Source: Planctomycetota bacterium | GTDB lineage: Bacteria > Planctomycetota > B15-G4 > SIAN01 | Length of the DNA: 64,000 bases | Direction of reading: 5' to 3' | Assembly (NCBI GenBank): GCA_031409275.1 | Contig: JANNXA010000055.1 | Location: forward strand, 320,001-384,000 | In this document: in pieces, positions 62,446-64,000 of the stretch | Layout of the letters: every line of letters starts with the position of its first letter | Position numbering within the stretch: position 1 is the stretch's first letter | Notes under the pieces: generated by a model | Seen by the model: the letters and a program-made list of their open reading frames with translations, nothing else | Databases searched by the model: none | What the model was told of the DNA's origin: nothing | Position numbers and translations under genes: made by a program

Positions 62446-63831
62446 TCAGCGCGGCGGCGCGCGCGTGGCGTGGACTTCGACCCGCGCGGCGGCGTCGAGC
62501 CGCACTTCGAGCGACTGCTCGACGTAAGGCTCCGCAAGATGGAGCTGCGCGACGCCACCGAGCGCCGGCAGGGCCAGCGTGCCGTCGGCCGCCAACGGCA
62601 GGCGGAAGTGGCCGCTCGCCAGATCGAGGCCGACCCACGTGCGAAAGCGCGGTGGCGGCATCACCGCCACGTGCGTCGTCGCCGCTTGATCGAGCAGGAG
62701 CACCGTTTCGCCGCCCACGCTCGCCCTCACGCCGAGACGACGCCCGAAGCGGGCACGCGCACCCGCCTGGAAGGCGATCACCTCGATCGCCGCGAGGTCG
62801 GCGCGCCGCTCGACGGGAAGCGCCACTTTTCCTTGCTCGTCGCTCTCGACCGAGAAGAGCGAGGGCGCCAGCCCAGCCGTGCGTGCACCGTCCAGCGCCA
62901 CCACGAAAGCGTGAGGCGCCGCTTCGAAGGAACGATCGAGCACGACGAGCGGGTAGGCGCCGACCTCGTCCGGAGCGAGCGCGTCGGCGGCCAGGTCGCT
63001 CCACTCGAGCCACGCAGGCGCCAACGCGTCACTCGCCGCCGCATCGGGAAACAGCCGCGCCTGAAGCCAGCGCTCGCCGCCCAGTCCGCGTGCGCCGACA
63101 CGGCCCGGCGCGACTTCGCCGCTCGCGAGGCGCAAGTCCAAAGCCGCGACATGGACGAGCTCCCGTCCGCGCTGCGCGCTCCATTCCAGATGGTCGCGAT
63201 CGGCGTGGAGCACATCGAAGCTGCACCACGCGGGGTGGTGCGTCGTCGCCGACGGGAAGAGCAACGTCCGCCCCGCCCGAGCGCCGAGCAGCGCCTGCTC
63301 GTAGTCGTCGCTTGCACGCGGGAGGCGTGACAGCGCCGGATCGAGCGCGAGGACTTCGAGTTCGAGCGTCACGGGCGCGGTCGCGGCGGCTCGCGGTGCG
63401 ACGCGCAGGCGCGCCACTGCGCCGCCCCCGCCTTCGCTTGCGCGGAGCGTGCGCACCAGCGCTGAGTCGCCCATGGCCAGCTTGACGCTCGTCAGCAGCG
63501 GCCGCGGTCGACCGTTGGCGCCGAGCTCGAAGTTGAACGGCAACCACTCCTCGTCGGAGAGCGCCGCGAAGGCGGCGTAGGCGGCGGTCGGCGCGGCGGT
63601 CGCGGCCGCATCGCTGACGCGCACCGCACTCCCGAGCTGCGCCAGCTCCACCACGACGCCAACGCCCTCCGCGCGCACCACGAGGTCGCCCACCGCATCG
63701 CCGAGCAGCTCGATCGAGGTCGCCGCTTCCGTCACGGCGACGCGGCGCGGCACGAAGGCATCGCGCAGCCAAGGCGGCGCACCCCCGAGGGGGTCGATCG
63801 CGGCAGCCAGCAGCAGCGCACCCAGCACCAT
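62446..63831 (-). CDS. Hypothetical secreted protein
   Basis: Hydrophobic N-terminus, normal codon bias, no family recognised; start could be 63861. Confidence 0.6.
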   Translation of the reverse strand: MVLGALLLAAAIDPLGGAPPWLRDAFVPRRVAVTEAATSIELLGDAVGDLVVRAEGVGVVVELAQLGSAVRVSDAAATAAPTAAYAAFAALSDEEWLPFNFELGANGRPRPLLTSVKLAMGDSALVRTLRASEGGGGAVARLRVAPRAAATAPVTLELEVLALDPALSRLPRASDDYEQALLGARAGRTLLFPSATTHHPAWCSFDVLHADRDHLEWSAQRGRELVHVAALDLRLASGEVAPGRVGARGLGGERWLQARLFPDAAASDALAPAWLEWSDLAADALAPDEVGAYPLVVLDRSFEAAPHAFVVALDGARTAGLAPSLFSVESDEQGKVALPVERRADLAAIEVIAFQAGARARFGRRLGVRASVGGETVLLLDQAATTHVAVMPPPRFRTWVGLDLASGHFRLPLAADGTLALPALGGVAQLHLAEPYVEQSLEVRLDAAARVEVHATRAPPR

Positions 63832-63918
63832 CGCCGCAGCATAGTCGGACCGAAGGTTCACTATCGTGTCGGCCCCTCATCCGTAGAAGTGGCCCCTGAA
63901 ATGGAGGCGCGCGAAGGC

Positions 63919-64000
63919 ATGCAAGTCGACGTCCAGCGGATCAAGGCCGAGGTGGCGGTGCACGCCGAGACGCTGCATCGCCTGCGCGGCGAGGTCGGCA
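63919..64000 (+). CDS. Start of a CDS running off the window (N-terminus reminiscent of MoxR AAA+ ATPases)
   Basis: MQVDVQRIKAEVAVHAETLHRLRGEVG...; only 27 codons are visible. Confidence 0.35.
   Translation, partial: MQVDVQRIKAEVAVHAETLHRLRGEVG

Overview
This is a very GC-rich (roughly 70% by eye) bacterial chromosomal segment with about 42 CDS. It has no rRNA, tRNA, CRISPR array or recognisable transposase/integrase. The gene content (ECF/ZAS anti-sigma pair, HEAT-repeat and secretin-N-like proteins, many lipoproteins and Ala-rich secreted proteins) suggests a Planctomycetota-like organism, which is an inference only. The housekeeping core comprises an ArsR-methyltransferase regulator (SahR-like) coupled to metH, an M17 aminopeptidase, addBA, proline dehydrogenase, dusB, gpsA/plsY, an HtrA-type protease, TPMT and a GGDEF-EAL protein. 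Five observations stand out. (1) An ECF sigma / ZAS-TM-helical-repeat anti-sigma / internally duplicated secretin-like module, with the same bipartite motif (GCATGGAC-N14-TCCGTC) upstream of both the sigma gene and the secretin-like gene. A near copy (GCATGGAAC-N15-TCCGTCCAA) precedes (2) a tandem pair of ~1000-aa secreted PcRGLX/YetA-like paralogs, so these may form an undescribed ECF regulon. (3) An array of five bulged hairpins right after metH, whose first three have similar structure but different sequence. (4) A divergent pair of proteins built from apparently catalytically dead protease domains. (5) A palindromic operator over the -10 box of the SahR-like gene. Start codons were re-picked by eye, and all family calls rest on motif recognition without database searches.
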